Positions 11,030 to 19,973 of a stretch of DNA of 64,000 nucleotides are shown in pieces; the stretch's first letter is position 1; every line of letters begins with the position of its first letter. This DNA is from a bacterium (GTDB lineage Bacteria; Orphanbacterota; Orphanbacteria; JBJXGV01). The position numbers and the translations under genes are program-made. Under the pieces are notes generated by a model that saw only the letters and a list, made by a program, of their open reading frames with translations, was not told where the DNA came from and did no database searches. The stretch lies in the NCBI GenBank assembly GCA_046160485.1, contig JBJXGV010000063.1, forward strand, positions 19,326 through 83,325. Reading direction: 5' to 3'.

Positions 11030-12226
11030 ATGAGAGCATTCCTCGATAGCATCGTCGCCCGCCTCGGCATCGTCGATCCGACGACGGTGCTCTTCGTGTA
11101 CCTCGTCGGCATGGTCATCTTCTGCGGCGTCGTCTTGATGCTCTTCGTGGCGCCGTTCGCGGGCATCACGAGTTACGTCGAGCGCCGCATCGCGGCGCGC
11201 ATGCAGTCGCGCGTCGGCCCGAATCGCGTCGGCCCGCACGGCGTGCTGCAGTGGCTCGCGGACGGCGTGAAATGCATCCTCAAGGAAGATTTGATCCCCG
11301 ACGACGCGGACAAGCCGCTCTTTCGTCTCGCGCCCTATCTTGTCTTCATCGGTATGTTCGGCGCGTTCGTCGTGTTGCCGTTCGGCTCGCGCCTCGTCAT
11401 CGCCGACCTCGACGTCGGCTTCTTCTATCTGCTCGCGATGTCGTCGCTCGTGTCGGTGGGGCTCATCATGGCGGGGTGGGCGTCCAATAATAAGTGGTCG
11501 CTCCTCGGCGGCATGCGCGCGGCGGCGCAAATCGTCTCGTACGAGATTCCGGCGGGGATGGCGATCCTCACGGTCGTTCTCTTCGCGGGCTCGATGAGCG
11601 TACAAGGCGTCATCGGCGCTCAGGGTTGGTCGCCGCACACGTGGGTCATGTTCCAGAATCCGTTTCTTTTCGCCGCGTACTTCGTCTTCTTCGCCGCCGC
11701 GCTCGCCGAAGGGAACCGCACGCCGTTCGACATCCCGGAAGCCGAGTCAGAACTCGTCGCGGGCTACAACACCGAATACAGCGGCATGCGCTTCGCGCTC
11801 TTCTTCCTCGCGGAGTGGGCGAACCTCTACGTAATCGGCGCGGTGTCGGCCGCCGCGTTCATGGGCGGCTGGCAGGTGCCGCCGGGAATTCCCGAGGTGA
11901 TTCGCCCCGTCGCCGAACTCCTCACGTTCTTCGCGAAGTCGCTCATCGGTGTTTTCTTCGCGATCTGGATTCGCTGGACGTATCCGCGGTTGCGCGTCGA
12001 TCAAATGATGAGCGTCTGCTGGAAGTATCTCGTGCCGATTTCGTTTCTCAACGTCGTCGGAACCGCGATCTGGATGATGATCTTTCCTCAGGGGCAGATT
12101 CCCGCGCTCGCGGCGAGCATCCTGATGGTCGTTCTGACGATCGCGATCCTCGTCCTGTTCGCGCGCAAGGTCGTCGCGAATCTTCGCGCGGTCGGCGGGC
12201 CGCTCAGCTTCAATCCTTTCGTATGA
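11030..12226 (+). CDS. nuoH: NADH-quinone oxidoreductase subunit H
   Basis: 398 aa polytopic protein. RVGPNRVGP, GWASNNKW, EGNRTPFD motifs. Directly follows nuoD. Confidence 0.9.
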   Translation: MRAFLDSIVARLGIVDPTTVLFVYLVGMVIFCGVVLMLFVAPFAGITSYVERRIAARMQSRVGPNRVGPHGVLQWLADGVKCILKEDLIPDDADKPLFRLAPYLVFIGMFGAFVVLPFGSRLVIADLDVGFFYLLAMSSLVSVGLIMAGWASNNKWSLLGGMRAAAQIVSYEIPAGMAILTVVLFAGSMSVQGVIGAQGWSPHTWVMFQNPFLFAAYFVFFAAALAEGNRTPFDIPEAESELVAGYNTEYSGMRFALFFLAEWANLYVIGAVSAAAFMGGWQVPPGIPEVIRPVAELLTFFAKSLIGVFFAIWIRWTYPRLRVDQMMSVCWKYLVPISFLNVVGTAIWMMIFPQGQIPALAASILMVVLTIAILVLFARKVVANLRAVGGPLSFNPFV

Positions 12227-12239
12227 CGGGAGCGCGCGC

Positions 12240-12908
12240 GTGATCACGACCTACGTCGGCAACATCCGCGAAACCTGCTCGACGCTTTTCGAGGGAATGG
12301 CCGTCACGTTTTCGTATCTCTTCCGGCCGCCGATCACGACGCAGTATCCAGATCGTATGCCGACTTCCGTGCAAGACACGCTTCCCGATCGCTACCGCGG
12401 CCATCTCTATGTTCATCTCGACACCTGCATCTCGTGTCTGCTGTGCGAGAAGGCGTGCCCGATCGAGTGCATCAAGATCGAAGACGTCCGCATCGAGAAG
12501 ATCATGATCACCGCGGCCGACGGAAAGCCGACGCCGAAGGTGAAGGAGCCGACGCTCTTCAACATCAACATGTACAAGTGCATGTACTGCGGGCTCTGCG
12601 TCGATCCGTGCCCGACGGGCGCGATTCGCATGACGAAGGAATTCGAGGGGACGACGGAGAACATTCAGAATCTGCACTTCCGTTTCGTTACGCCGGATCG
12701 CAAAACGATGGCCGTGCGTCTCGGTGAGGAGCAGGAGCGCAAGGCGGCGGAGAAGAAGGCGGCGCACGCCGCGCCGGCGGCCGCGGCCCCCGCCGCGCCC
12801 GCCGCGACGGCGACCGCCGCACCCGCCCCGGCGGCAACCGCGACCGAAGCGCCTCCGGCGCCGCCGACGCCTCCCGCGGCGGACTCACCCCCGGCGACAG
12901 AGGCATAG
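12240..12908 (+). CDS. nuoI: NADH-quinone oxidoreductase subunit I with Ala/Pro-rich C-terminal tail
   Basis: Two CxxCxxCxxxCP 4Fe-4S motifs (CISCLLCEKACP, CMYCGLCVDPCP). About 60-aa low-complexity A/P/T tail. Confidence 0.85.
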   Translation: MITTYVGNIRETCSTLFEGMAVTFSYLFRPPITTQYPDRMPTSVQDTLPDRYRGHLYVHLDTCISCLLCEKACPIECIKIEDVRIEKIMITAADGKPTPKVKEPTLFNINMYKCMYCGLCVDPCPTGAIRMTKEFEGTTENIQNLHFRFVTPDRKTMAVRLGEEQERKAAEKKAAHAAPAAAAPAAPAATATAAPAPAATATEAPPAPPTPPAADSPPATEA

Positions 12909-12910
12909 CA

Positions 12911-13417
12911 ATGGACCTTAAGCCCCTCTTCTTCTACCTCTTCGCGGCGATCACGATCATTCCGGCGTTCATGGTCGTCTTCTCGCGCAACCTCGTGCAC
13001 TCTGCGTTCGCGCTCCTCTTCACGCTTCTCGGAATGGCGGCGCTCTACGTCTTGCTCGGCGCGGATTTCCTCGGCATGACGCAGGTGCTCGTCTACGTCG
13101 GCGGCATTCTCATACTTCTTGTCTTCGGCGTTATGTTCACGCAGCGCATCTACGATCTGAAGGCGCGCACGAACGACTTCTTCAATCTGCCGCTCGGCGT
13201 CATCATCGGCGCGATCACGTTCTTCCTGCTCTACTTCGGCATCGGCCTAGCGGTCCCGTGGAAGCTGGTCGCGAATCCCGAGATCAAGCCGACAGCGTCC
13301 GCGCTTGGCGAACTCCTGCTGACGCGATACCTCCTGCCGTTCGAAGTGATCTCGATTCTTCTGCTCGTGGTTCTCGTCGGCGCCGTATTGGTCGCGAAGA
13401 AGGAGCAGCCGGAATGA
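12911..13417 (+). CDS. nuoJ: NADH-quinone oxidoreductase subunit J
   Basis: 168 aa, 5 TM. Confidence 0.85.
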   Translation: MDLKPLFFYLFAAITIIPAFMVVFSRNLVHSAFALLFTLLGMAALYVLLGADFLGMTQVLVYVGGILILLVFGVMFTQRIYDLKARTNDFFNLPLGVIIGAITFFLLYFGIGLAVPWKLVANPEIKPTASALGELLLTRYLLPFEVISILLLVVLVGAVLVAKKEQPE

Positions 13418-13734
13418 TCGGCCTGCCTCACTATCTCTTCGTCAGCTCGCTTCTCGCGGCGCTTGGCATCATCGCGATCACGACGCGGCGCAACGCCGTC
13501 GCGATCCTCATGGGGATCGAGCTCTTGCTCAACGCCGCGGCGCTTAACTTCATCGCGTTCTCGCACTACGTCGTGCCGGCCACTCCGGGCGGCGCGCTCG
13601 ACGGCCAGCTCTTCGCGATCTTCATCATCGTGCTCGCCGCCGCGGAAGCGACGGTCGCGCTCGCCATCATCATCGCGATCTATCACAAGCTCCGGTCGAT
13701 CAACGCCGACGAGCTCGTGCAGATGAAGAACTGA
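13414..13734 (+). CDS. nuoK: NADH-quinone oxidoreductase subunit K
   Basis: ATGA overlap with nuoJ stop. 106 aa, 3 TM. Confidence 0.85.
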   Translation: MIGLPHYLFVSSLLAALGIIAITTRRNAVAILMGIELLLNAAALNFIAFSHYVVPATPGGALDGQLFAIFIIVLAAAEATVALAIIIAIYHKLRSINADELVQMKN

Positions 13735-16016
13735 TGCACTTCACCGAACTCGACATCATCAAGTGGATCGTGATCCTCCCGCTTCTCGGGGCGATCGTAA
13801 ACGGCTTCTTCGGGAAGGCGCTCACCGCTCGCTTCGGGAACAAGCCGGTCTCGATCATCGGCTGCGGCGTCGTGCTCGCGTCGTTCGCCCTCTCGCTCAC
13901 CGTATTCGCGCGGCTGCTCGGCGTCGAAGGCCGCGTCCTCATCGATCATCTCTATACGTGGTTCGATGTCGGCGGCTTCCGCCCCGAAGTGACGTTCCTC
14001 GTCGACTCGCTCTCGGTCGTGATGATCCTCGTGGTCACGGGCGTCGGGTCGCTCATTCACATCTACTCGACCGGCTACATGTCGCACGACCACGGCTACT
14101 ACCGGTACTTCGCGTACCTCAACCTCTTCACGTTCTCGATGCTCACGCTCGTTCTCGGCGACAATCTCCTCCTGATGTTCGTGGGCTGGGAGGGCGTCGG
14201 GCTCTGCTCGTATCTGTTGATCGGGTTCTGGTTCACCGATCGCGAAAAAGCCGTCGCCGGCATGAAGGCGTTCATCACGAACCGCATCGGCGACCTCGGA
14301 TTCGTTGTCGGGCTCTTCGCGCTCTGGTGGTATCTCGGGCGCGAGGGTTATCACACGGTCAACTTCTACGCGCTCGCTCAGATCATCGGCGCGCTCGACG
14401 GCCAAACGATCTTCGGGATCTCGGTCGCCACGTTCGTCGCTCTCATGTTCTTCGTCGGCGCCACGGGGAAGTCGGCGCAGATTCCGCTCTACGTGTGGCT
14501 GCCGGACGCCATGGCCGGCCCGACGCCGGTTTCGGCGCTCATCCACGCCGCGACGATGGTGACCGCGGGCGTCTACATGATCGGGCGCATGAACTTCCTC
14601 TACACGATGTCGCCCACCGCGCTCACCGTGGTGGCGGTCGTCGGTGCGGTCACGGCGCTCTTCGCGGCGACGATTGGCCTGGCGCAAACCGACATCAAGA
14701 AGGTGCTCGCGTACTCCACGGTGTCGCAACTCGGCTACATGTTCCTCGGCATGGGTGTCGCCGCGTATTCGGCCGGCATCTTCCACCTGATGACACACGC
14801 GTTCTTCAAAGCGTGCCTCTTCCTCGGATCGGGAAGCGTGATCCACGGAATGGGCGGCGAGCAGGACATGCGCAAGATGGGCGGCCTGAAGAAGTACATG
14901 CCGACGACCTACAAGACGATGCTTGTCTCGACGCTCGCGATCGCGGGGATCTTTCCGCTCGCCGGTTTCTTCTCGAAGGACGAAATCCTCTGGAAGGCGT
15001 GGTCGTCCGCGCACGGCAGTCCGCTTCTCTGGTTCATCGGTGTCGCGGCCGCGGGGATGACCGCGTTCTACATGTTCCGCCTCATCTTCATGACATTCTG
15101 GGGCGAGTGTCGCGCCGACGAACACACGAAGCATCACATTCACGAGTCGCCGCGCTCGATGACGATCCCGCTCATCGTGCTCGCGGGGCTAGCGGTCGTC
15201 GGTGGCTGGATCGGGATTCCTGGCGCCCTCGGCGGCGGAAACCAGTTCCATCACTGGCTCGCGCCGGTGCTCTCGCCGAGCGAGGCGCACGGCCCGACGC
15301 TCCTCGATTGGGATCTCGCGTCGGAGACGGCGAAGTTTTCGGCGGCCGTGGACGCCGAGGGTGCGAGCCACATGGTGAGCCTTTCGTACATCGGAGGGTC
15401 GGGTGAGGTGACGCATATCTCCGGTGAGGTGCCGCACGAGGCGGTTCACGGCGACGCGGGTCAGGGCGGCGATCACGCTGCCGACGCCGCGCATGGCGAG
15501 TCGCCGCCCGGCGGCGAACACGGCGGCGAACACGCGGCCGGCCACGCGCACGACCCGATGGAGTACGTGCTCATGATCGTCTCGCTCGCAATCGCCGGCA
15601 CGGGCATTTTCCTCGCGCACCGCTTCTACGTGAAGGACCGCGGCGCCCCGGCGCGCATCACGGCGCGCATGCCGCGCCTCGCCGCACTCGTCGCCGACAA
15701 GTACCGCGTCGACGAACTCTACGGCGCCACCGCGATCGGCGGCACGCTCTCGCTCTCACGGTTCCTCTCGGCGTTCGACGGCTTCGTCATCGATGGCCTC
15801 GTGAATCTCTCGGCATACCTGACACGCGTCGTCTCGATGCTCAACGGTTGGTTCGACAGCATGTTCGTCGACGGCGCCGTCAACGGTGTCGGCCGGTTGA
15901 TCGCTTATCTCGGAGCGCGCGCTCGCAGTCTTCAAACGGGCGTCATCCAATACAACGTCGTCGGCGTCTTCGCCGGCGTTCTGCTCATGGTGCTCGTCCT
16001 CGTCGTCTTTCGCTAA
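13734..16016 (+). CDS. nuoL: NADH-quinone oxidoreductase subunit L (760 aa, with internal His/Gly/Glu-rich insertion)
   Basis: TGATG overlap with nuoK. Antiporter-like core. About 100 aa more than typical NuoL. Confidence 0.85.
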   Translation: MHFTELDIIKWIVILPLLGAIVNGFFGKALTARFGNKPVSIIGCGVVLASFALSLTVFARLLGVEGRVLIDHLYTWFDVGGFRPEVTFLVDSLSVVMILVVTGVGSLIHIYSTGYMSHDHGYYRYFAYLNLFTFSMLTLVLGDNLLLMFVGWEGVGLCSYLLIGFWFTDREKAVAGMKAFITNRIGDLGFVVGLFALWWYLGREGYHTVNFYALAQIIGALDGQTIFGISVATFVALMFFVGATGKSAQIPLYVWLPDAMAGPTPVSALIHAATMVTAGVYMIGRMNFLYTMSPTALTVVAVVGAVTALFAATIGLAQTDIKKVLAYSTVSQLGYMFLGMGVAAYSAGIFHLMTHAFFKACLFLGSGSVIHGMGGEQDMRKMGGLKKYMPTTYKTMLVSTLAIAGIFPLAGFFSKDEILWKAWSSAHGSPLLWFIGVAAAGMTAFYMFRLIFMTFWGECRADEHTKHHIHESPRSMTIPLIVLAGLAVVGGWIGIPGALGGGNQFHHWLAPVLSPSEAHGPTLLDWDLASETAKFSAAVDAEGASHMVSLSYIGGSGEVTHISGEVPHEAVHGDAGQGGDHAADAAHGESPPGGEHGGEHAAGHAHDPMEYVLMIVSLAIAGTGIFLAHRFYVKDRGAPARITARMPRLAALVADKYRVDELYGATAIGGTLSLSRFLSAFDGFVIDGLVNLSAYLTRVVSMLNGWFDSMFVDGAVNGVGRLIAYLGARARSLQTGVIQYNVVGVFAGVLLMVLVLVVFR

Positions 16017-16050
16017 TGCGCGAACGGCGGGCCTGGAGGAAGGAATCGCA

Positions 16051-17556
16051 ATGTCCGATCTCTTGACGCTCATCACGTTCACCCCGCTCGTCGGGATGGT
16101 TGCGCTTCTCTTCGTCCCGAAGGAACGCGTTAGCGCGATTCGCTGGCTCTCGGTCGTGGCCACGCTCGTGCCGCTGCTTCTCTCCGTTTACCTCTACATG
16201 AATTTCGATAGCACGAAGGCCGGGATCAACGACCCGACGTCGTTCCAATTCGTCGTTCAAAAAGATTGGATCCCGTCGTTCAACATTCAGTACTACATGG
16301 GCATCGACGGCCTCTCGGTGAGCATGGTGCTTCTCACCGCGCTTCTCTCGTTCATCTGCATCTTCGCGTCGTTCGGCATCGAGAAGGGCGTGAAGGGCTA
16401 CTTCATGATGTTCCTCCTGCTCGAAACCGGAATGATGGGCGTCTTCTGCGCGCTCGACTTCTTCCTCTTCTACGTTTTCTGGGAGTTGATGCTCCTGCCG
16501 ATGTACTTCCTCATCGGAATCTGGGGCGGGCCGCGCAAAGTCTACGCGGCGATCAAGTTCTTCCTCTACACGCTCTTCGGCTCCGTTCTGATGCTCATCG
16601 CGATGCTCGCGTTCTACTTCAAGGCGGGCGGCTCTTTCGACATGGTCGCGATGATGGGAAAGGGGCTCGACGCCGGAACCATCAAGCTGTTCGGAATGCT
16701 CCTCCCGTTCGGGCAGCTCATGTTCATCGCGCTCTTCATCGGCTTCGCGATCAAGGTGCCGGTCTTCCCGTTCCACACGTGGCTTCCGGACGCGCACGTC
16801 GAGGCGCCCACCGCGATCTCCGTCATCCTTGCCGGCGTTCTTCTGAAGATGGGGACGTACGGTCTCATGCGGATCTCGTTCCCGATTCTGCCGGAGGCGA
16901 CGCAATGGTTCGCGCCCGCGCTCGCCGTGCTTGCGGTCATCAACATCGTCTATGGCGCGCTCTGCGCGATGGCGCAGAAGGATTTCAAGAAGCTGATCGC
17001 GTACTCCTCCGTGAGCCACATGGGATTCGTCATGCTCGGCATGGCGTCCGGCACCGTGCAGGGGATGAACGGCGCGATCTTCCAGATGTTCAATCACGGC
17101 ACGATCACCGCGATGCTCTTCCTTCTCGTCGGCGTCGTCTACGATCGCGCGCACCATCGCGAGATCGCGGGCTTCGGCGGCCTCATGTCCCGAATGCCCG
17201 TCTACGCCACGTTCACGACGATCGCGTTCTTCGCGGCGATCGGGCTTCCCGGGCTTTCCGGTTTCATCAGCGAGGCGCTCGTACTGCTCGGCGGCTTCAA
17301 GGCGTTCCCGGCGATCACGATTCTTTCCGCGACGGGTATCGTGCTCGGCGCCGGCTACATGCTCTGGACGTTCCAGCGCGTCTTCCTCGGCCCGCTCAAC
17401 GAGAAGTACGCCGGCATCGCCGAGATCAACCGCCGCGAGATCTTCACGCTCGTACCTCTGACGATTCTTACGATCGTGCTCGGCTTCTATCCGCATCCGG
17501 TGCTCGGACTCTTCGGCGCGTCGGTCGACAAGCTCGTCGCCGTGGTCTGGGGCTAA
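16051..17556 (+). CDS. nuoM: NADH-quinone oxidoreductase subunit M
   Basis: 501 aa antiporter-like. GGAGG RBS. Confidence 0.9.
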   Translation: MSDLLTLITFTPLVGMVALLFVPKERVSAIRWLSVVATLVPLLLSVYLYMNFDSTKAGINDPTSFQFVVQKDWIPSFNIQYYMGIDGLSVSMVLLTALLSFICIFASFGIEKGVKGYFMMFLLLETGMMGVFCALDFFLFYVFWELMLLPMYFLIGIWGGPRKVYAAIKFFLYTLFGSVLMLIAMLAFYFKAGGSFDMVAMMGKGLDAGTIKLFGMLLPFGQLMFIALFIGFAIKVPVFPFHTWLPDAHVEAPTAISVILAGVLLKMGTYGLMRISFPILPEATQWFAPALAVLAVINIVYGALCAMAQKDFKKLIAYSSVSHMGFVMLGMASGTVQGMNGAIFQMFNHGTITAMLFLLVGVVYDRAHHREIAGFGGLMSRMPVYATFTTIAFFAAIGLPGLSGFISEALVLLGGFKAFPAITILSATGIVLGAGYMLWTFQRVFLGPLNEKYAGIAEINRREIFTLVPLTILTIVLGFYPHPVLGLFGASVDKLVAVVWG

Positions 17557-17571
17557 GGCGAGGCGGCGCGC

Positions 17572-19071
17572 ATGGGCAACCTCGATAGCCTGAAGTTCTT
17601 CTGGCCGGAGATTATCGTCGCGCTGGCGTTTATCGCGACGCTCCTCTTCGATGTCGCGACGCGCGGCAAGCGGCCGACCGGCAGCGCGGCGATCGCAATC
17701 GCCGGGCTTGCGCTCGCGGTCGTCGCGAGCATCCCGCTCCTCTCCGCGCCGCCGACGCTTCTTTTCTCGGGAATGATCGCGCTCGATCCCTTCGGCGTTT
17801 TCATCAAGATCTTCGCGGCCGTAGCGTCGATCGTCGTAATCCTCTTCTCGATGGGCTACAAGGAACTCTCGGCGCGGTTCCAGGGCGAGTATTTGGCGAC
17901 GCTCTTAGCGACGATCCTCGGCGCGATGCTCTTCGCGTCGTCGACGAACCTCGTGATGATCTATCTCACACTCGAGATGCTGTCGCTTCCGGCCTACGTG
18001 CTCGCGGGGTTCCTGCGCGGCGATTCGCGTTCGAGCGAAGCCGGCATCAAGTACGCGGTCTTCGGCGCGGCGGCGAGCGGCGCGATGATCTTCGGGTTCT
18101 CGTTCCTCTACGGCATGACCGGGAGCCTTGACCTCTTCGCCATTCGCGACGCATTCCTTACGCGCGGCATCCCGCCGGTCGCGCTCATCGTTCCGACGAT
18201 CCTCGTCTTCGCCGGCTTCGCGTACAAAATCTCCGCGGCGCCGTTCCACATGTGGACGCCCGACGTCTACGAGGGCGCATCGACCCCCGTCACCGCGTTC
18301 TTCTCGGTTGTCCCGAAGGCCGCCGGTTTCGCCGCGATGCTCCGCTTCTTCCTTTCGTCGATGACGACCGACACGCCGAACGGCCTCGTCGCGATCGACG
18401 GCATCGACTGGCCGTTTCTCATCGCGATCGCGTCCGTCTTCACGATGACACTCGGCAATCTCGCGTCTCTGCGGCAGAACAACGTTAAGCGTCTTCTCGC
18501 ATACTCGAGCATCGCGCACGCCGGCTACATGATGATGGGGCTCGTTCTCCTCACCGGCGAAGGGATCAAGGCGGTTCTCTTCTATCTCATCGTCTACGCG
18601 CTCATGAATCTCGGCGCGTTCCTCGTCGTGATCGCGCTCTCTAACGGAAAACCGCGCGAAGAGATCGAAGAGTTCCGGGGCCTCGGCTGGCGCATGCCCG
18701 CGACCGCCGCGGCGATGGCGATCTTCCTCTTCTCGCTGACGGGGCTTCCGCCATTCGCGGGGTTCATCGGCAAGGTCTATCTCTTCAAGGCCGTCATCGC
18801 GAAGGAGTTTTACTGGCTCGCGGTCATCGGCGTTCTGAATAGCGTCGTCTCGCTCTACTATTACGTCCGCATCGTTAAGGTGATGTACCTCGACTCGCCC
18901 TCCGATGCCGCCCCCGCGGGCGGACTCGCGCCGATGCCCGCCGTCGCCGTGTCGCGGCTTCACAGCGTGCTGCTCGTGCTCCTCGCGGTGCCGTCGGTCT
19001 ACTTCGGTATTCGCTTCGGGCTGGTCGACGCGGTCTCCGAACTCGGCCGCTCGATCTTCCTCGGCCGCTGA
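17572..19071 (+). CDS. nuoN: NADH-quinone oxidoreductase subunit N
   Basis: 499 aa antiporter-like. Confidence 0.9.
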   Translation: MGNLDSLKFFWPEIIVALAFIATLLFDVATRGKRPTGSAAIAIAGLALAVVASIPLLSAPPTLLFSGMIALDPFGVFIKIFAAVASIVVILFSMGYKELSARFQGEYLATLLATILGAMLFASSTNLVMIYLTLEMLSLPAYVLAGFLRGDSRSSEAGIKYAVFGAAASGAMIFGFSFLYGMTGSLDLFAIRDAFLTRGIPPVALIVPTILVFAGFAYKISAAPFHMWTPDVYEGASTPVTAFFSVVPKAAGFAAMLRFFLSSMTTDTPNGLVAIDGIDWPFLIAIASVFTMTLGNLASLRQNNVKRLLAYSSIAHAGYMMMGLVLLTGEGIKAVLFYLIVYALMNLGAFLVVIALSNGKPREEIEEFRGLGWRMPATAAAMAIFLFSLTGLPPFAGFIGKVYLFKAVIAKEFYWLAVIGVLNSVVSLYYYVRIVKVMYLDSPSDAAPAGGLAPMPAVAVSRLHSVLLVLLAVPSVYFGIRFGLVDAVSELGRSIFLGR

Positions 19072-19080
19072 TCGGGCCGC

Positions 19081-19269
19081 GTGCCTGAGGACTCCGTTCG
19101 CTGCCGCGCCTGCGGCGCGATGACGCCCGACGAAAACCTGCGCTGCATCTTCTGCGGCGAACTTCTCGCCGCCCGCAGCGGTGCTCTCGGCCGGCTCCGC
19201 TACGGAACCGTCACCCGTTGGGTCGTCGCCGTGGTCGCCCTCTACCTCGTGTGGCGGCTCTTCTCTTAG
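19081..19269 (+). CDS. small zinc-ribbon protein with C-terminal TM helix
   Basis: 62 aa, CRAC...CIFC plus hydrophobic tail. GTG start 10 nt after nuoN stop. Confidence 0.35.
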   Translation: MPEDSVRCRACGAMTPDENLRCIFCGELLAARSGALGRLRYGTVTRWVVAVVALYLVWRLFS

Positions 19270-19290
19270 CGCGGTGCGGCATTTCGAGGG

Positions 19291-19346
19291 TTGACGCGTC
19301 CCGTCCGCGCAGCGTAATCTCCAACCATGACCTATACGTCATGGTT
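19291..19346 (+). promoter_or_regulatory. candidate promoter (TTGACG-18-TAATCT) followed by a perfect 9-bp inverted repeat AACCATGAC-CTATAC-GTCATGGTT
   Basis: Seen directly: -35 at 19291-19296, -10 at 19315-19320, palindrome at 19323-19346, upstream of the MerR-like gene. Confidence 0.4.
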
Positions 19347-19397
19347 CACGGTTTTGCTGCGCGGGGCCAGCGCACTCGGCACGGTGAGGCGCGTCGA

Positions 19398-19973
19398 ATG
19401 AGAGACGGCGCCGAAAGCCTCCGCATCGGAGAGCTGGCCGCGCGCTCGGGCAAGACGATCCGCGCGCTCCACCTTTACGAGCAGATGGGGCTGCTGCCGG
19501 CCGCCGAACGGTCCGAGTGCGGCTACCGCCTCTTCCGCAGCGACGCGCCCGTCCGAATCGAGTGGATCGACGCGCTTCAATCGCTCGGCTTGTCCCTCGC
19601 CGAGATTCGCGAGTTCGATCTCGAGTTCGAGCGCCGGACGCTGGGGCCGCAGGCCGCCGCGCTCGCGCGGAAGCGATTCAAGGAGAAACTCGTCGAAACG
19701 CGGCAGGCGATCGAACGGCTCCGAATGCTCGAATCGGAGTTGTGCGCGGCGCTCGAATACCTCGAGGCATGCCGCGGCTGCATTCCGCCTCAGCCCAGCG
19801 CCGTCTGCCCAGAGTGCGACGTGCCGCGCGAGAAGTCAGAGAAGCCGATTTTGATGAAGGGGTTCTATTCGAAGCCGGGCCCGCCGGCGACGCGGAGCGC
19901 AGCCGCGAAGAGTTCGACGGCCGGCTTTCGTATCGCGCAACGGCGGCGCCGCGCGCGCAAAGGAGCTTCATGA
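19398..19973 (+). CDS. MerR family transcriptional regulator with Cys-rich C-terminus
   Basis: ATG with GGTGAGG RBS. HTH LRIGELAARSGKTIRALHLYEQMGLL. C-terminal C-x8-C-x2-C-x9-C-x2-C. The ORF-track 5' extension from 19218 is probably not translated. Confidence 0.75.
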   Translation: MRDGAESLRIGELAARSGKTIRALHLYEQMGLLPAAERSECGYRLFRSDAPVRIEWIDALQSLGLSLAEIREFDLEFERRTLGPQAAALARKRFKEKLVETRQAIERLRMLESELCAALEYLEACRGCIPPQPSAVCPECDVPREKSEKPILMKGFYSKPGPPATRSAAAKSSTAGFRIAQRRRRARKGAS

